Below are positions 1 to 7,984 of a stretch of DNA of 60,235 nucleotides, piece after piece (the first letter of the stretch is position 1; each line of letters starts with the position of its first letter). Under the pieces are notes generated by a model. It ran no database searches, was not told where the DNA came from, and saw nothing but the letters and a program-made list of their open reading frames with translations. The DNA lies in IMG/VR virus record IMGVR_UViG_3300045007_000064, positions 1-60,235 of that record. The stretch is one strand, 5' to 3'. The translations under genes were made by a program, and so were the position numbers. This stretch comes from a virus (lineage: Duplodnaviria > Heunggongvirae > Uroviricota > Caudoviricetes).

Positions 1-2
1 GG

Positions 3-350
3 GTGAGAACGATGCCGACTGACATTCCAGGAACAACGATGAGCTTCATCGCGGTCCTCATCTACGAGACCACTCAGGGGCTTCCTTGGGACGAGGCCGA
101 CGAGATGGTGAAGCAGCAGTACCTGAAGACGGCGATCCACATCATCAATGCCGCCGAGCCTGTCTGGCGCTCTCGTACCTCGGGCGACCGAGACGCGACC
201 GTGGGGACACTTCAATCCCTCGCTCGCATGGCGACCGTCCGCGGCATCCCGATGCTGAAGGAGGCGGAGTCTGAGATGGACCGTGAGCTGGTCGTGCGGA
301 ACTGGATCAATGAGTGCACGGAGCGTTACTCGAAGCTGGGGCGTGTGTGA
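3..350 (+). CDS. hypothetical protein (may be 5'-truncated)
   Basis: 115-aa ORF; stop overlaps the next ATG (TGATG). Confidence 0.7.
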   Translation: MRTMPTDIPGTTMSFIAVLIYETTQGLPWDEADEMVKQQYLKTAIHIINAAEPVWRSRTSGDRDATVGTLQSLARMATVRGIPMLKEAESEMDRELVVRNWINECTERYSKLGRV

Positions 351-592
351 TGATTCTGACGGACGAAATGCGTGCGGCTCTGGAGGCGATGATCCGCTCT
401 GAGCAGGCTCGCGGCGTGGAGCTGAACCAGGATGACCCGGTTGCGCTGGAGGGCATCGAGGAGATTACTCAGATGCTCCTGAAGTGGGAGTTCCAGCAGT
501 TCGAGGCGGGGCGATACAATCGTCTGCTCGCCGTAGTCTGGGACGAGGCCGTTCTCGCAGGGCCGTTGGCGGTGAATCCCTATGACTCCTGA
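350..592 (+). CDS. hypothetical protein
   Basis: ATG at 350 coupled to the upstream stop. Confidence 0.7.
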   Translation: MILTDEMRAALEAMIRSEQARGVELNQDDPVALEGIEEITQMLLKWEFQQFEAGRYNRLLAVVWDEAVLAGPLAVNPYDS

Positions 593-1010
593 CGAGTTCA
601 AGGACAAGCTGGCGGAGGTCATTGGGTTCTCCCGTAAGGTGTCTCGCCGGATGTCAGACGGGTTCATCTCGGTCATGGAGGCAGATGACTCCGAAATCGC
701 GGACGCCGTTATCAAGGCGATCCGCGGGTATCTGACGATCCCGCACAACCATCCGACCCGGGAAATCCGTGACCCGGGGATGTGCCCGGGCTGTGACTCG
801 TACTGGTACTCGCAGAACCACCCGCAGGAGTGGGAGTACATGTACTGCGCCCCGGACGAGTCTCGATGCCCCGAGAGGGAGGGCGGTGGGTACCAGTGCA
901 TCTTCTGGAAAGATCACGAGGGTAATCACACAGTAAGCAGCCCCACCCCGGTCTCCCGCCGACTGAAGGCGGGGCCGTGGGAGAAGAATTTGGAGTCAGA
1001 CAATGGATGA
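582..1010 (+). CDS. hypothetical protein, Cys/His-rich
   Basis: 142-aa ORF overlapping its neighbours; CPGC motif. Confidence 0.7.
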   Translation: MTPDEFKDKLAEVIGFSRKVSRRMSDGFISVMEADDSEIADAVIKAIRGYLTIPHNHPTREIRDPGMCPGCDSYWYSQNHPQEWEYMYCAPDESRCPEREGGGYQCIFWKDHEGNHTVSSPTPVSRRLKAGPWEKNLESDNG

Positions 1011-1329
1011 AATCAAGTGGAGCGATCCGTACCAGATGTTGATGGTGACGGAGGAGATTGAGGGCGCACACCCCAAGCTCGCGAACTATCCGCTGTTGCC
1101 GGAAGACCTGGTAAGCCTGTACGATGACGGTACCTGGGCGAAGGTCGGTCCGGGGATGATGGTCACCGGGTTTGTACTGAGTCCGGAGCAGGTACAAAAG
1201 CTGAAGCCGGTGTGGCTCCAGAGCATGCACCTGAACTACCATCTGATCGGAGACGTGGACCCCGATGAGGTCGAGGCTGACCTGTACGGCGTACCGAAGG
1301 AGGAAGACAATGGCGGATACACCCTCTAG
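1003..1329 (+). CDS. hypothetical protein
   Basis: GGAG RBS; 108 aa. Confidence 0.75.
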   Translation: MDEIKWSDPYQMLMVTEEIEGAHPKLANYPLLPEDLVSLYDDGTWAKVGPGMMVTGFVLSPEQVQKLKPVWLQSMHLNYHLIGDVDPDEVEADLYGVPKEEDNGGYTL

Positions 1330-1756
1330 CACGACCGCACTGACGGTCATCCTGGGCGAATGGCTCTGGCGGAACGAGTCTGTCAACCAGTACGTCCCCT
1401 TCGACTCCCCGTTCCACTGGGACAACCTCGCGGACTCCGCACGCATGCCGTGGTTCTCGCACGCAACTCAGTTGCTGCACGAGACCGGCATCCGCAAGAG
1501 TCAGCGCCAAGCCGAAGAGGAAATCAAGTACTGGCGCTCGAAGTTCGAAGAGGCTCTGTCGGAGCTTCGGACTACCCATGTGAACGTCTACCGCTACACG
1601 GTGGGCCGTGAACCCAGCCCGTACGAGCGTGACCACGTTCGAGAGCTGGTCGCAGGCCCGGACGCGCAGGGGCGCTACCGCTGGGCAGGCGGGCACGCGC
1701 CTACGCAGGCGGAGTTGGACGCCATCGAGGAGAGAAGGAAGGCCAGTCGTGGTTGA
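1310..1756 (+). CDS. hypothetical protein
   Basis: AGGAGG RBS before ATG 1310. Confidence 0.75.
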   Translation: MADTPSSTTALTVILGEWLWRNESVNQYVPFDSPFHWDNLADSARMPWFSHATQLLHETGIRKSQRQAEEEIKYWRSKFEEALSELRTTHVNVYRYTVGREPSPYERDHVRELVAGPDAQGRYRWAGGHAPTQAELDAIEERRKASRG

Positions 1757-1946
1757 CTCGAATTCCGATGTGCTTCTTTTCCTGTTGCGCCGGGTGGAGG
1801 CTATCGAGGCGCGTCAGCGCGATCACGGCTGGCATGACCCCGACTGTCCGGTGCGGCAGACGCAGCTCGCTCAGAAGCGGGTGGACTCGTACCTGTACTC
1901 GCCGCCATGCGACTGCTGGTTGAAGGAGGACCCTGATGGGGACTGA
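1749..1946 (+). CDS. hypothetical protein (HDPDC...CDC, possible metal binding)
   Basis: GTG at 1749 after GAAGGAAGG. Confidence 0.6.
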   Translation: MVDSNSDVLLFLLRRVEAIEARQRDHGWHDPDCPVRQTQLAQKRVDSYLYSPPCDCWLKEDPDGD

Positions 1947-2307
1947 TGAGGAGTGGGTCCCGACGACCCAGAATGTGCATGACGGATTCGCCCTGTCCTA
2001 CGCGAAAGACTACGAGCCATTCAGCGATGACTGGCTCAAGTCCTCGCGCTTCGGACATGAGGCCTTCCATCGGTGGCTGGAGAGGTTTACCGCACGGATT
2101 CGCCATGACGCCTGGCATGAGGGCTACGCCGCGCACATCGACGGCCTGAGCGCATCGGAAGGTCCGGAGGACCCTGATGCGGTACGTCGTCGGAACCGAG
2201 ACGAAGAGCTGGTCGAGAAGATCATGGCTGCTGACCACGCAGGAGAGCATGACAAGGCGGAAGGCTTGGAGGCGCTTCTCTGGTTGAGACGAAACGAGGA
2301 ATCCTAG
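1936..2307 (+). CDS. hypothetical protein
   Basis: AAGGAGG RBS; 123 aa. Confidence 0.75.
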   Translation: MGTDEEWVPTTQNVHDGFALSYAKDYEPFSDDWLKSSRFGHEAFHRWLERFTARIRHDAWHEGYAAHIDGLSASEGPEDPDAVRRRNRDEELVEKIMAADHAGEHDKAEGLEALLWLRRNEES

Positions 2308-2570
2308 TGATCAATTGCCTGTACTGCGGGGAATCTCGGAGTGCAATCCGGGCATCCCAGAAGACGCACCAGCCGATATACTGCGGGGCGGTGGACTACT
2401 TCGGGGAGGTCGAGTGGGAGCGGGATCGACACCGATTCCGCTCGTGGACCGATAATGAGCTGTGGAATATGGGGATTGACCCTCAGTACTACGAGCTGTA
2501 TCGTAGACTCGTGAGTCAGTGGGAGATTGACCCGGCTCATAGCAGATTTCAAGGAGCAAGCAATGAGTGA
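2307..2570 (+). CDS. hypothetical protein (CxxC...C...H)
   Basis: GTG overlapping the upstream TAG. Confidence 0.7.
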   Translation: MINCLYCGESRSAIRASQKTHQPIYCGAVDYFGEVEWERDRHRFRSWTDNELWNMGIDPQYYELYRRLVSQWEIDPAHSRFQGASNE

Positions 2571-2916
2571 CACGCAATGGGAGTACGCCTCCTTCTACTT
2601 CGGCAATGCCGTCTACCCGTCTGACGCAATCTGGCGGACGAATACGGAGACGGGCGAGCGCCAGGTGATGGTGTACGCCACGGTCGGTCGGGAGTCGGTG
2701 GACGAGCTGCGCGAGTGGTGGGAAGAGCACAGGACCGAGCGCACCATCGACCCGCACTACTCGTCCTGGAAGAGCGAAGACAAGGAGTACCACGCCCTGC
2801 GGTACTGGCTGACGTTCCCCGACGACATCGCGGCTCAGGGGGAGTGGGATCGGGACGCCAAGGGCGGCGGTCCCGCCTCGAAGACGGAGTACTCCGAGGG
2901 TACTGCACTGTACTAA
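2563..2916 (+). CDS. hypothetical protein
   Basis: AAGGAG RBS before ATG 2563. Confidence 0.75.
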   Translation: MSDTQWEYASFYFGNAVYPSDAIWRTNTETGERQVMVYATVGRESVDELREWWEEHRTERTIDPHYSSWKSEDKEYHALRYWLTFPDDIAAQGEWDRDAKGGGPASKTEYSEGTALY

Positions 2917-2932
2917 AGGAAGAGTAGGAACC

Positions 2933-3190
2933 GTGTCCCTAAATTTGCTGGAGCCGTTTCTGGAGGAATTTCAGATCGAAGAGGCTCAGGATGACGATGT
3001 GGTACACACTTACTGCCGTACCTGTTATCCGCGCGATGGGGTGATCCAGATTGCCCACTGCGGCAAGGACATCTCAAACGAGCGACCGGTTCGTGGGTGG
3101 GACCCTTCGGAGGAGTGCGCCATGTGTGTCCTGACGAAGGAGCTTCAGGGGAATCTCTGCAAGAGGGGGCATGTACTGTACGGGAAGTAG
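2933..3190 (+). CDS. small Zn-binding protein, loosely DUF3039-like
   Basis: HTYCRTC...AHCGK...CAMC...CKRGH. Confidence 0.6.
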   Translation: MSLNLLEPFLEEFQIEEAQDDDVVHTYCRTCYPRDGVIQIAHCGKDISNERPVRGWDPSEECAMCVLTKELQGNLCKRGHVLYGK

Positions 3191-3668
3191 GTACAATAAG
3201 GTCATTTTACCTTTTGGCCACTGAGAAGTAAATCCTTATTTTGGGTCGCCAAATTGGATTGTTTCGGTCTGAAAAAGATGCGGACGGGCCTTCCGACCCG
3301 CCCCGCACCCTCTCCCCTCTCTGCTCGGTACTGCCTTCCCGCAGCCACCGGTTTCTGTCTCCGGTGCCCAACTGCGGCTGGGTGGAGGGTCCGTTCCCCT
3401 CCCGATACCTACAGTCTACATCATTCCAGTCCAAAGATGCAAGCCTCATCACACAATCAATCGATGTTTGTTTGCCTGCCCAACTCTTGCGCCCTGGCCA
3501 GGGAGGCTAGGCCTACTCATCATCACTCATGTCTATGAACTATCTATGTGTTACTTATATGACACATGAGTTGATGTGTGTTCTATCAAACATCTGAGTG
3601 ATATGACTAGGCCTAGGCTTACACACCTACACACGAGGGCTGGGCGAGGCAGGGGAGGGCTGATCCTA

Positions 3669-3756
3669 GGCCCTGACAGGCCCTCCTGAGGCCCCTCTAG
3701 ACCCCCCCTCTATAGGCCCCTCAGAGACCCCCCCCTCTACGCCCCCCCCCCCCTCG
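3669..3756. repeat. C-run tract with an imperfect tandem repeat (AGGCCCCTC..GACCCCCCCTCTA x2)
   Basis: C runs of 3,3,4,7,4,8,12; repeat units 3689-3713 and 3714-3740. Confidence 0.85.
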
Positions 3757-3810
3757 ATTTGCCTCTATACACGAGTCTGTGCTATGTGCTACACTAGTGA
3801 CAACAAAAGG

Positions 3811-3845
3811 AAGGCCCCGGGAGTCAACACTTCTCCCGGGGCTTT
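3811..3845. terminator. probable bidirectional intrinsic terminator
   Basis: GCCCCGGGAG/CTCCCGGGGC 10-bp stem flanked by A and T runs where the two transcription directions converge. Confidence 0.8.
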
Positions 3846-3853
3846 CGCCAGTC

Positions 3854-4429
3854 CTAGTGGCTGGGCTTTACTCGATTGTTCGGATCGATGCGCGTATACA
3901 CCTTGCTCACGCCAGATTCCGGCAGCTTGTACCCATATCGCGCGAGACGGAAGCGCAGCGCGCCATGCGTCACACCTAGCCGCTTAGCAAGCCGGTACAG
4001 GGTGACACCATCCGTATCGTGTACCTCCCAGAGCAGCGCCGTATAGTCCTCCGCAGCCTGCCGGTTCTCAGTCGAGTTGTGACGGTTCTGCTGGGCGAGC
4101 GGCTGTAGCTCCAGCAAGCGCTGTAGCTTAGCCGGGTCAGGCTCCGCATATACCTTGCGCTCCCGCACGGGCTTAGCCGGGGGATTAGGTACTGGGAAGG
4201 CGGACGGCAGGGGTGGCAGCACCTCATCGAAGGAATCCGCGATCTGCCGCACACGTTCGCGCGTGATCCCGGTCGCCTTACTGATACTGGCCAACGTCCA
4301 GCCTGCACGACGAAGATGCGCCGCATACAGGTTGCGAGTCTCCAGGTCGTCCGCTAGGGTAGAAAACGCGTCCAACACGCCCATAGGCAGGGTTAGTTGC
4401 GTCTTCTTGTATTCAATTTCATCTGTCAT
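3854..4429 (-). CDS. DNA-binding protein with two helix-turn-helix motifs
   Basis: WTLASISKATGITRERVRQI (sigma-region-4-like) and TLYRLAKRLGVTHGALRFRL; RBS ACAAGGAAC. Confidence 0.8.
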   Translation of the reverse strand: MTDEIEYKKTQLTLPMGVLDAFSTLADDLETRNLYAAHLRRAGWTLASISKATGITRERVRQIADSFDEVLPPLPSAFPVPNPPAKPVRERKVYAEPDPAKLQRLLELQPLAQQNRHNSTENRQAAEDYTALLWEVHDTDGVTLYRLAKRLGVTHGALRFRLARYGYKLPESGVSKVYTRIDPNNRVKPSH

Positions 4430-4481
4430 TGCTGGTAGTTCCTTGTACGACTCCCCTAGGGGAGCTGTCCCGCACAGGTCT

Positions 4482-4510
4482 AGCTTAGCACGGTAACGCG
4501 GCGAGCGCAA
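4482..4510 (-). promoter_or_regulatory. SigA-like promoter of the HTH gene
   Basis: TTGCGC-17-TAAGCT. Confidence 0.75.
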
Positions 4511-4526
4511 GTCTTCAACTTACCCG

Positions 4527-4550
4527 CACGCAAGAGGAACAGGGGTAAAC
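4527..4550 (+). promoter_or_regulatory. degenerate copy of the 24-bp intergenic motif
   Basis: CACGCAAGAGGAACAGGGGTAAAC. Confidence 0.5.
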
Positions 4551-4582
4551 GAAAAAGAGACCCGGGTTCCCCGGGCCTCCTT
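4551..4582 (-). terminator. intrinsic terminator
   Basis: GGAGGCCCGGG-GAAC-CCGGGTCTCT-TTTT on the minus strand. Confidence 0.8.
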
Positions 4583-4732
4583 TCAGCGGTGGCGCACGTC
4601 GTGAATGCCCTCGTGGTTGACGTCCAGCTTGCACTTTCCGTCCTGCCCGGGCGAAGCCATGGCGAAGTCGAAGTCCGTCTTCAAGACCTGGACGCCGCAG
4701 CGCTCCGGCTCGGTGGGGTTCTGGCTGTTCAT
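4583..4732 (-). CDS. small hypothetical protein (cassette gene; C..C..H..H)
   Basis: RBS AAGGGAGAGGAACCC; promoter TTGCAT-16-TATACT. Confidence 0.75.
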   Translation of the reverse strand: MNSQNPTEPERCGVQVLKTDFDFAMASPGQDGKCKLDVNHEGIHDVRHR

Positions 4733-4790
4733 CAGGGTTCCTCTCCCTTGTTGGTAGTTCCAGTATACCCTAATTGACCAGGAATGCAAA

Positions 4791-4818
4791 GAAAAAGCCC
4801 CGTTTCCGGGGCGATTTC
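4791..4818 (-). terminator. intrinsic terminator
   Basis: GCCCCG-GAAA-CGGGGC-TTTTT. Confidence 0.85.
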
Positions 4819-5025
4819 TTAGGCGACTGTCCAGGTGCCTCGGTCGGAGGACCAGACGACGACGTGATCCGGGTTGAGGCCCATGTCCTCAAGTTCCGTT
4901 TCCAATTCGAAGATTCGGGCGGATGCACGCTCTTCCGTCTCGACGGTCGCGTCCTCGTCCTGAAGGATGTTCTTCCAGCCCGCGAGGTTGTCCGCGATTT
5001 CGCGCTGCTCTTCGGTAAGTTCCAT
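4819..5025 (-). CDS. small acidic hypothetical protein (cassette gene)
   Basis: RBS GGGAGAGGAACCC; promoter TTGCGC-17-TAAACT. Confidence 0.8.
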   Translation of the reverse strand: MELTEEQREIADNLAGWKNILQDEDATVETEERASARIFELETELEDMGLNPDHVVVWSSDRGTWTVA

Positions 5026-5089
5026 GATCCGGGTTCCTCTCCCTTTGTGATGTCTCTAGTTTACCCAAAGACAATCGAAAGCGCAAGCC

Positions 5090-5176
5090 TCAAACGAAAA
5101 AGACGCTGAGGCCGATCAGGGTTCCCAGGAACCATCCGATAGCGCTGGTCAGGAACCGATACAGATTGTCCGACAT
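5090..5176 (-). CDS. 28-aa hydrophobic peptide MSDNLYRFLTSAIGWFLGTLIGLSVFFV
   Basis: GGGAG RBS right after the upstream stop; too short for the ORF track. Confidence 0.6.
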   Translation of the reverse strand: MSDNLYRFLTSAIGWFLGTLIGLSVFFV

Positions 5177-5178
5177 GA

Positions 5179-5355
5179 TTACTCCCAGTCTCCGAAGTCC
5201 AGCGCGGCCTGCTCGACCGGCTTGCGATTGGCGGCACGCTTAGCGCGCTCATTGGCGGCGATCATGTCCTCACTCTCCCACACCTTAGCGATAGCCTGCT
5301 CAGCCATCCCAAAGCGCCGGAGCGATTCGGTCATTTCCTCGCGGTTGTTTGCCAT
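5179..5355 (-). CDS. 58-aa hypothetical protein (MANNREEMTESL...)
   Basis: leaderless promoter TTGACT-17-TATGAT-6-ATG. Confidence 0.75.
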   Translation of the reverse strand: MANNREEMTESLRRFGMAEQAIAKVWESEDMIAANERAKRAANRKPVEQAALDFGDWE

Positions 5356-5395
5356 ACCTCCATCATACGGGTAATCCGGGATTCAGTCAAGAAAA

Positions 5396-5419
5396 GTTTA
5401 GTGGTCCGACTCTTGCGCG
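5396..5419 (-). promoter_or_regulatory. 24-bp intergenic motif
   Basis: CGCGCAAGAGTCGGACCACTAAAC. Confidence 0.8.
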
Positions 5420-5432
5420 CCGCCAGGGCCGA

Positions 5433-5460
5433 GAAAAGCCCCGGGCGAGCCGGGGCGATT
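5433..5460 (-). terminator. intrinsic terminator
   Basis: GCCCCGG stem followed by TTTTCT. Confidence 0.8.
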
Positions 5461-5461
5461 C

Positions 5462-5674
5462 TCAGATGATGACCTCTTCCATCGTCTTTGTGATGTGTCG
5501 GGTGATGCTCCGACCATTGACGAAGTAGATTTCGCCGGGGAGCCACAGAATAGCCTCACCGTCGTTGGTGCGGGAGACCGTGGCCTCGCTCAGATCGTCC
5601 TGAATCCAGTCCTGGCTCAGCAGACGATCCAGCGTCAGCTCAGTCTGCTCGACCTGCTCATGCGTGTTGGCCAT
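5462..5674 (-). CDS. hypothetical protein (cassette gene)
   Basis: RBS AAGGGAGAGGAACCCGAA; promoter TTGACG-17-TAAGCT. Confidence 0.8.
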   Translation of the reverse strand: MANTHEQVEQTELTLDRLLSQDWIQDDLSEATVSRTNDGEAILWLPGEIYFVNGRSITRHITKTMEEVII

Positions 5675-5707
5675 TTCGGGTTCCTCTCCCTTGGTGATAC
5701 CTACAGC

Positions 5708-6109
5708 TTACACCGCCAGGGGCTTCGCGTCAAACCCGATCCGGAAATCCACGGGGACAACCGGGGCCGTGCGGCAGAAGCGCACGCGAACGGTCGCTTC
5801 CTTCATCAACTCGCTCAGCAGGCGTACCACGTCCGGGATCGTGTTGTCGTGGTCCTGGATCACGGCGGAACCGAACTCCCGGGAGGGCTTGATAGGAACG
5901 TCCACCGCGACCGGCTCGAAGTGCGGGAACGTCGGCACCTGAATGTGCGCGATCCCGGGCTGACCGTCCTGCGTCACGTAGACGAATCCGGCCTTGCGAT
6001 TCCCGTGGAGGCGCGTGGGGACGTGAACGGTCATCCCAGCCTTGACAGCGGCGACAGCGTAGTCACGGATGAACTCGCTTACAGCGTCAGCGGTGACAGT
6101 CTCAGACAT
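5708..6109 (-). CDS. hypothetical protein (cassette gene)
   Basis: same RBS; promoter TTGCAT-17-TAAACT. Confidence 0.8.
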   Translation of the reverse strand: MSETVTADAVSEFIRDYAVAAVKAGMTVHVPTRLHGNRKAGFVYVTQDGQPGIAHIQVPTFPHFEPVAVDVPIKPSREFGSAVIQDHDNTIPDVVRLLSELMKEATVRVRFCRTAPVVPVDFRIGFDAKPLAV

Positions 6110-6257
6110 TTCGGGTTCCTCTCCCTTTGTTGTCTCTAGTTTAGCCTATGTAGGCTCAGGATGCAAGGTATGCGATGTACTGTGCGCCCAGGAACCAGAA
6201 AGCCCCGATGGTGACGACAGTCCAGAAAGCGCGGCGGAAGTTCTTCATGATTACAGT

Positions 6258-6428
6258 TTACGGGTGTCCCTGTTCCCTGTCAAGTGCGGCCTTCTCCTCG
6301 ACCGCCCGCAGCACGTTCATCACGTACGCGCGTTGTTCGTTCTGCTCAACGAAAGTGTTGAGCCGCTTCAGCCCCACGAAAACGAGGGCGATGAATGCCA
6401 GTACCGCGAGACCGATGACGATTTCCAT
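6258..6428 (-). CDS. 56-aa membrane protein (MEIVIGLAVLAFIALVFVGLKR...)
   Basis: leaderless TTGACA-18-TAGAAT-6-ATG; N-terminal TM helix. Confidence 0.75.
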   Translation of the reverse strand: MEIVIGLAVLAFIALVFVGLKRLNTFVEQNEQRAYVMNVLRAVEEKAALDREQGHP

Positions 6429-6444
6429 GTCATCATTCTACAAT

Positions 6445-6552
6445 AGAAAAAACCCCGGTGTCAACCAGAAGAGGATTTAGGTTGACACCGGGGGTACTGC
6501 ACTTCCGTTTAGTTTCACCTTGAGGGGCGTTCACAGGCGTTTCCCTGGGTGT
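6445..6552 (-). ncRNA. candidate small RNA (~105 nt) ending in a 14-bp terminator hairpin
   Basis: promoter TTGCGT(6588-83)-18-TAAGAT(6564-59); perfect stem 6453-66/6480-93 followed by a U tract; no ORF ends before the terminator. Confidence 0.45.
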
Positions 6553-6629
6553 AGCTCTATCTTAGCACACGGCTCGGGGAGAACGCAAGCGTGAATGCGG
6601 CGAGCGCGAGCAGCGCAAGAGTCAGGACA

Positions 6630-7082
6630 CTAAACCGCATGATCCTCGTGCCAGTCCTGCACGACTGTCACGTTAGGATCACCCTCGAACAGCTCCGCGA
6701 ACTGGCCGCGGGTGAGGACGCCGGTAGGCTCATATCCTCGGCTCTCCTGGTACTGGGCAACAGCACGCTCAGTCAGCACCTCGTAAGCTCCGCCAGGCGC
6801 GCTCGCGGCCTCAGCGAAACCCTCAGCCATGAGGCGACGCTGAATGTGGAGGACGGTCAGAGACTTGCGATTCTCATTGCGTCCAGGCTTGCGAGCCTTG
6901 GAGTAGTGAACGGGGTCCGTCTCGCCTGCGCCAACCACGGAATCACGCGCGATCTTAGCCGGGGCAGGTTTGGCTCCCGCAGACTTCGCGCTTGTCTGCT
7001 TCGGCTCCTTCGGCGCAGGGGAGACAGGTTCGGTGTCGGAGGCCTTGGCGTCCGAAAGCTTGGGGGTCTTGTCATCACTCAT
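6630..7082 (-). CDS. peptidoglycan-binding domain protein with a low-complexity N-terminus
   Basis: VLHIQRRLMAEG...TERAVAQYQESRGYEPTG matches the PG_binding_1 pattern; leaderless. Confidence 0.75.
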   Translation of the reverse strand: MSDDKTPKLSDAKASDTEPVSPAPKEPKQTSAKSAGAKPAPAKIARDSVVGAGETDPVHYSKARKPGRNENRKSLTVLHIQRRLMAEGFAEAASAPGGAYEVLTERAVAQYQESRGYEPTGVLTRGQFAELFEGDPNVTVVQDWHEDHAV

Positions 7083-7099
7083 GACACCATTCTACAACA

Positions 7100-7130
7100 G
7101 AAAAGCCCCGGCGACTTTGCCGGGGTCTTT
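7100..7130 (-). terminator. intrinsic terminator
   Basis: ACCCCGGC/GCCGGGGC stem followed by TTTTCT. Confidence 0.8.
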
Positions 7131-7131
7131 C

Positions 7132-7419
7132 TCAGTGAACGGCGATGAACCCGAACTCTCCCAGGTCGTGCGGCTCGTAATGATCGCCGCAGCGCTCGGA
7201 CGGGTTACCAGTCCAGCCGGTCCCATCGCAGCAGTCGAGACGACCGCACGTGTGCCGCGCGTTGGCGTTGTCCTCACAGCCCGCGCACTCATCGCGCGAG
7301 ACGGAGATAACGCCTTCGCCCTTGCACGTGTCACAGGTGCGCGTGGAGAGGTAACCGGCGTCGGTCGTGTAGGTGACGCGGCCCATGCGTCCGCAGGTGG
7401 GGCAGGAGATGATGTCCAT
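7132..7419 (-). CDS. Cys-rich zinc-finger protein (DnaJ-type CxxCxGxG)
   Basis: CPTCGRMG, CDTCKGEG; leaderless TTGACA-17-TAGACT-6-ATG. Confidence 0.75.
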   Translation of the reverse strand: MDIISCPTCGRMGRVTYTTDAGYLSTRTCDTCKGEGVISVSRDECAGCEDNANARHTCGRLDCCDGTGWTGNPSERCGDHYEPHDLGEFGFIAVH

Positions 7420-7450
7420 GACTTCAGTCTACGCTAGCCGGTCGATAGTG

Positions 7451-7639
7451 TCAAGTTCTATGACTGAACACAGCCGACACAATGGCAGTCTGAGTGAGGA
7501 TGATGGCGAGGACCCACAGCAGCGGCTCGATCACACTCAGGGCGATGAGCACGGCGAGCACGAGAGCAGCGACCAGCAGCACGATAGCGATGACCGCGTA
7601 CCACTCAATCTCTCGGATCACCTTCCAAAAGCGTTCCAT
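7451..7639 (-). CDS. small membrane protein
   Basis: long hydrophobic stretch; GGAGGAGG RBS. Confidence 0.75.
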   Translation of the reverse strand: MERFWKVIREIEWYAVIAIVLLVAALVLAVLIALSVIEPLLWVLAIILTQTAIVSAVFSHRT

Positions 7640-7641
7640 GT

Positions 7642-7824
7642 TTAGTCCTCCTCCTCTTGCGTGGGTGGGCTTTGCACGACAACTGAGGCCGTGTTAGCCT
7701 TCACGATGATTTCCTGAGTCACAATGTCCTCAGCCTCGTCCCTGCGGCTGGACGCCCAAAGTAGGGCGAACATGACCCCAAGGATGATGAACGCCCCAAT
7801 TCCCACGATGAGGGCTAGTTCCAT
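7642..7824 (-). CDS. small membrane protein
   Basis: N-terminal TM helix; leaderless TAGACT-6-ATG. Confidence 0.75.
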   Translation of the reverse strand: MELALIVGIGAFIILGVMFALLWASSRRDEAEDIVTQEIIVKANTASVVVQSPPTQEEED

Positions 7825-7840
7825 GACTCTAGTCTAGCAC

Positions 7841-7928
7841 AGAAAGGGCCGCGCTGACAAACAGAGAGAGGGAAGGGAGCCAGCGCGGCCCGACGCGGGG
7901 TGGCGGGCCAGATAGGCACCTCCCGCGT
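7841..7928 (-). ncRNA. candidate two-hairpin sRNA with a 20-nt anti-Shine-Dalgarno loop
   Basis: promoter TTGCGC(7963-58)-17-TAAGCT(7940-35); stem 1 ACGCGGG/CCCGCGU; stem 2 is 13 bp with a G.U that forms only on this strand; loop UCCCUUCCCUCUCUCUGUUU; U tract; no ORF. Confidence 0.7.
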
Positions 7929-7946
7929 ACTTACAGCTTACACGAC

Positions 7947-7975
7947 GAAGGCCCCGGGCGCAAACCCGGGGCCTC
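7947..7975 (-). terminator. terminator whose loop region contains the -35 box of the sRNA promoter
   Basis: GGCCCCGGG-TTTGCG-CCCGGGGCC. Confidence 0.8.
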
Positions 7976-7984
7976 GCGTGCCTG

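Noticed and set aside
3207-3538. Three overlapping 81-94-aa ORFs
   Set aside because: Low-complexity, Ser/Pro/Arg-rich translations without initiation signals, in a skewed non-coding tract.
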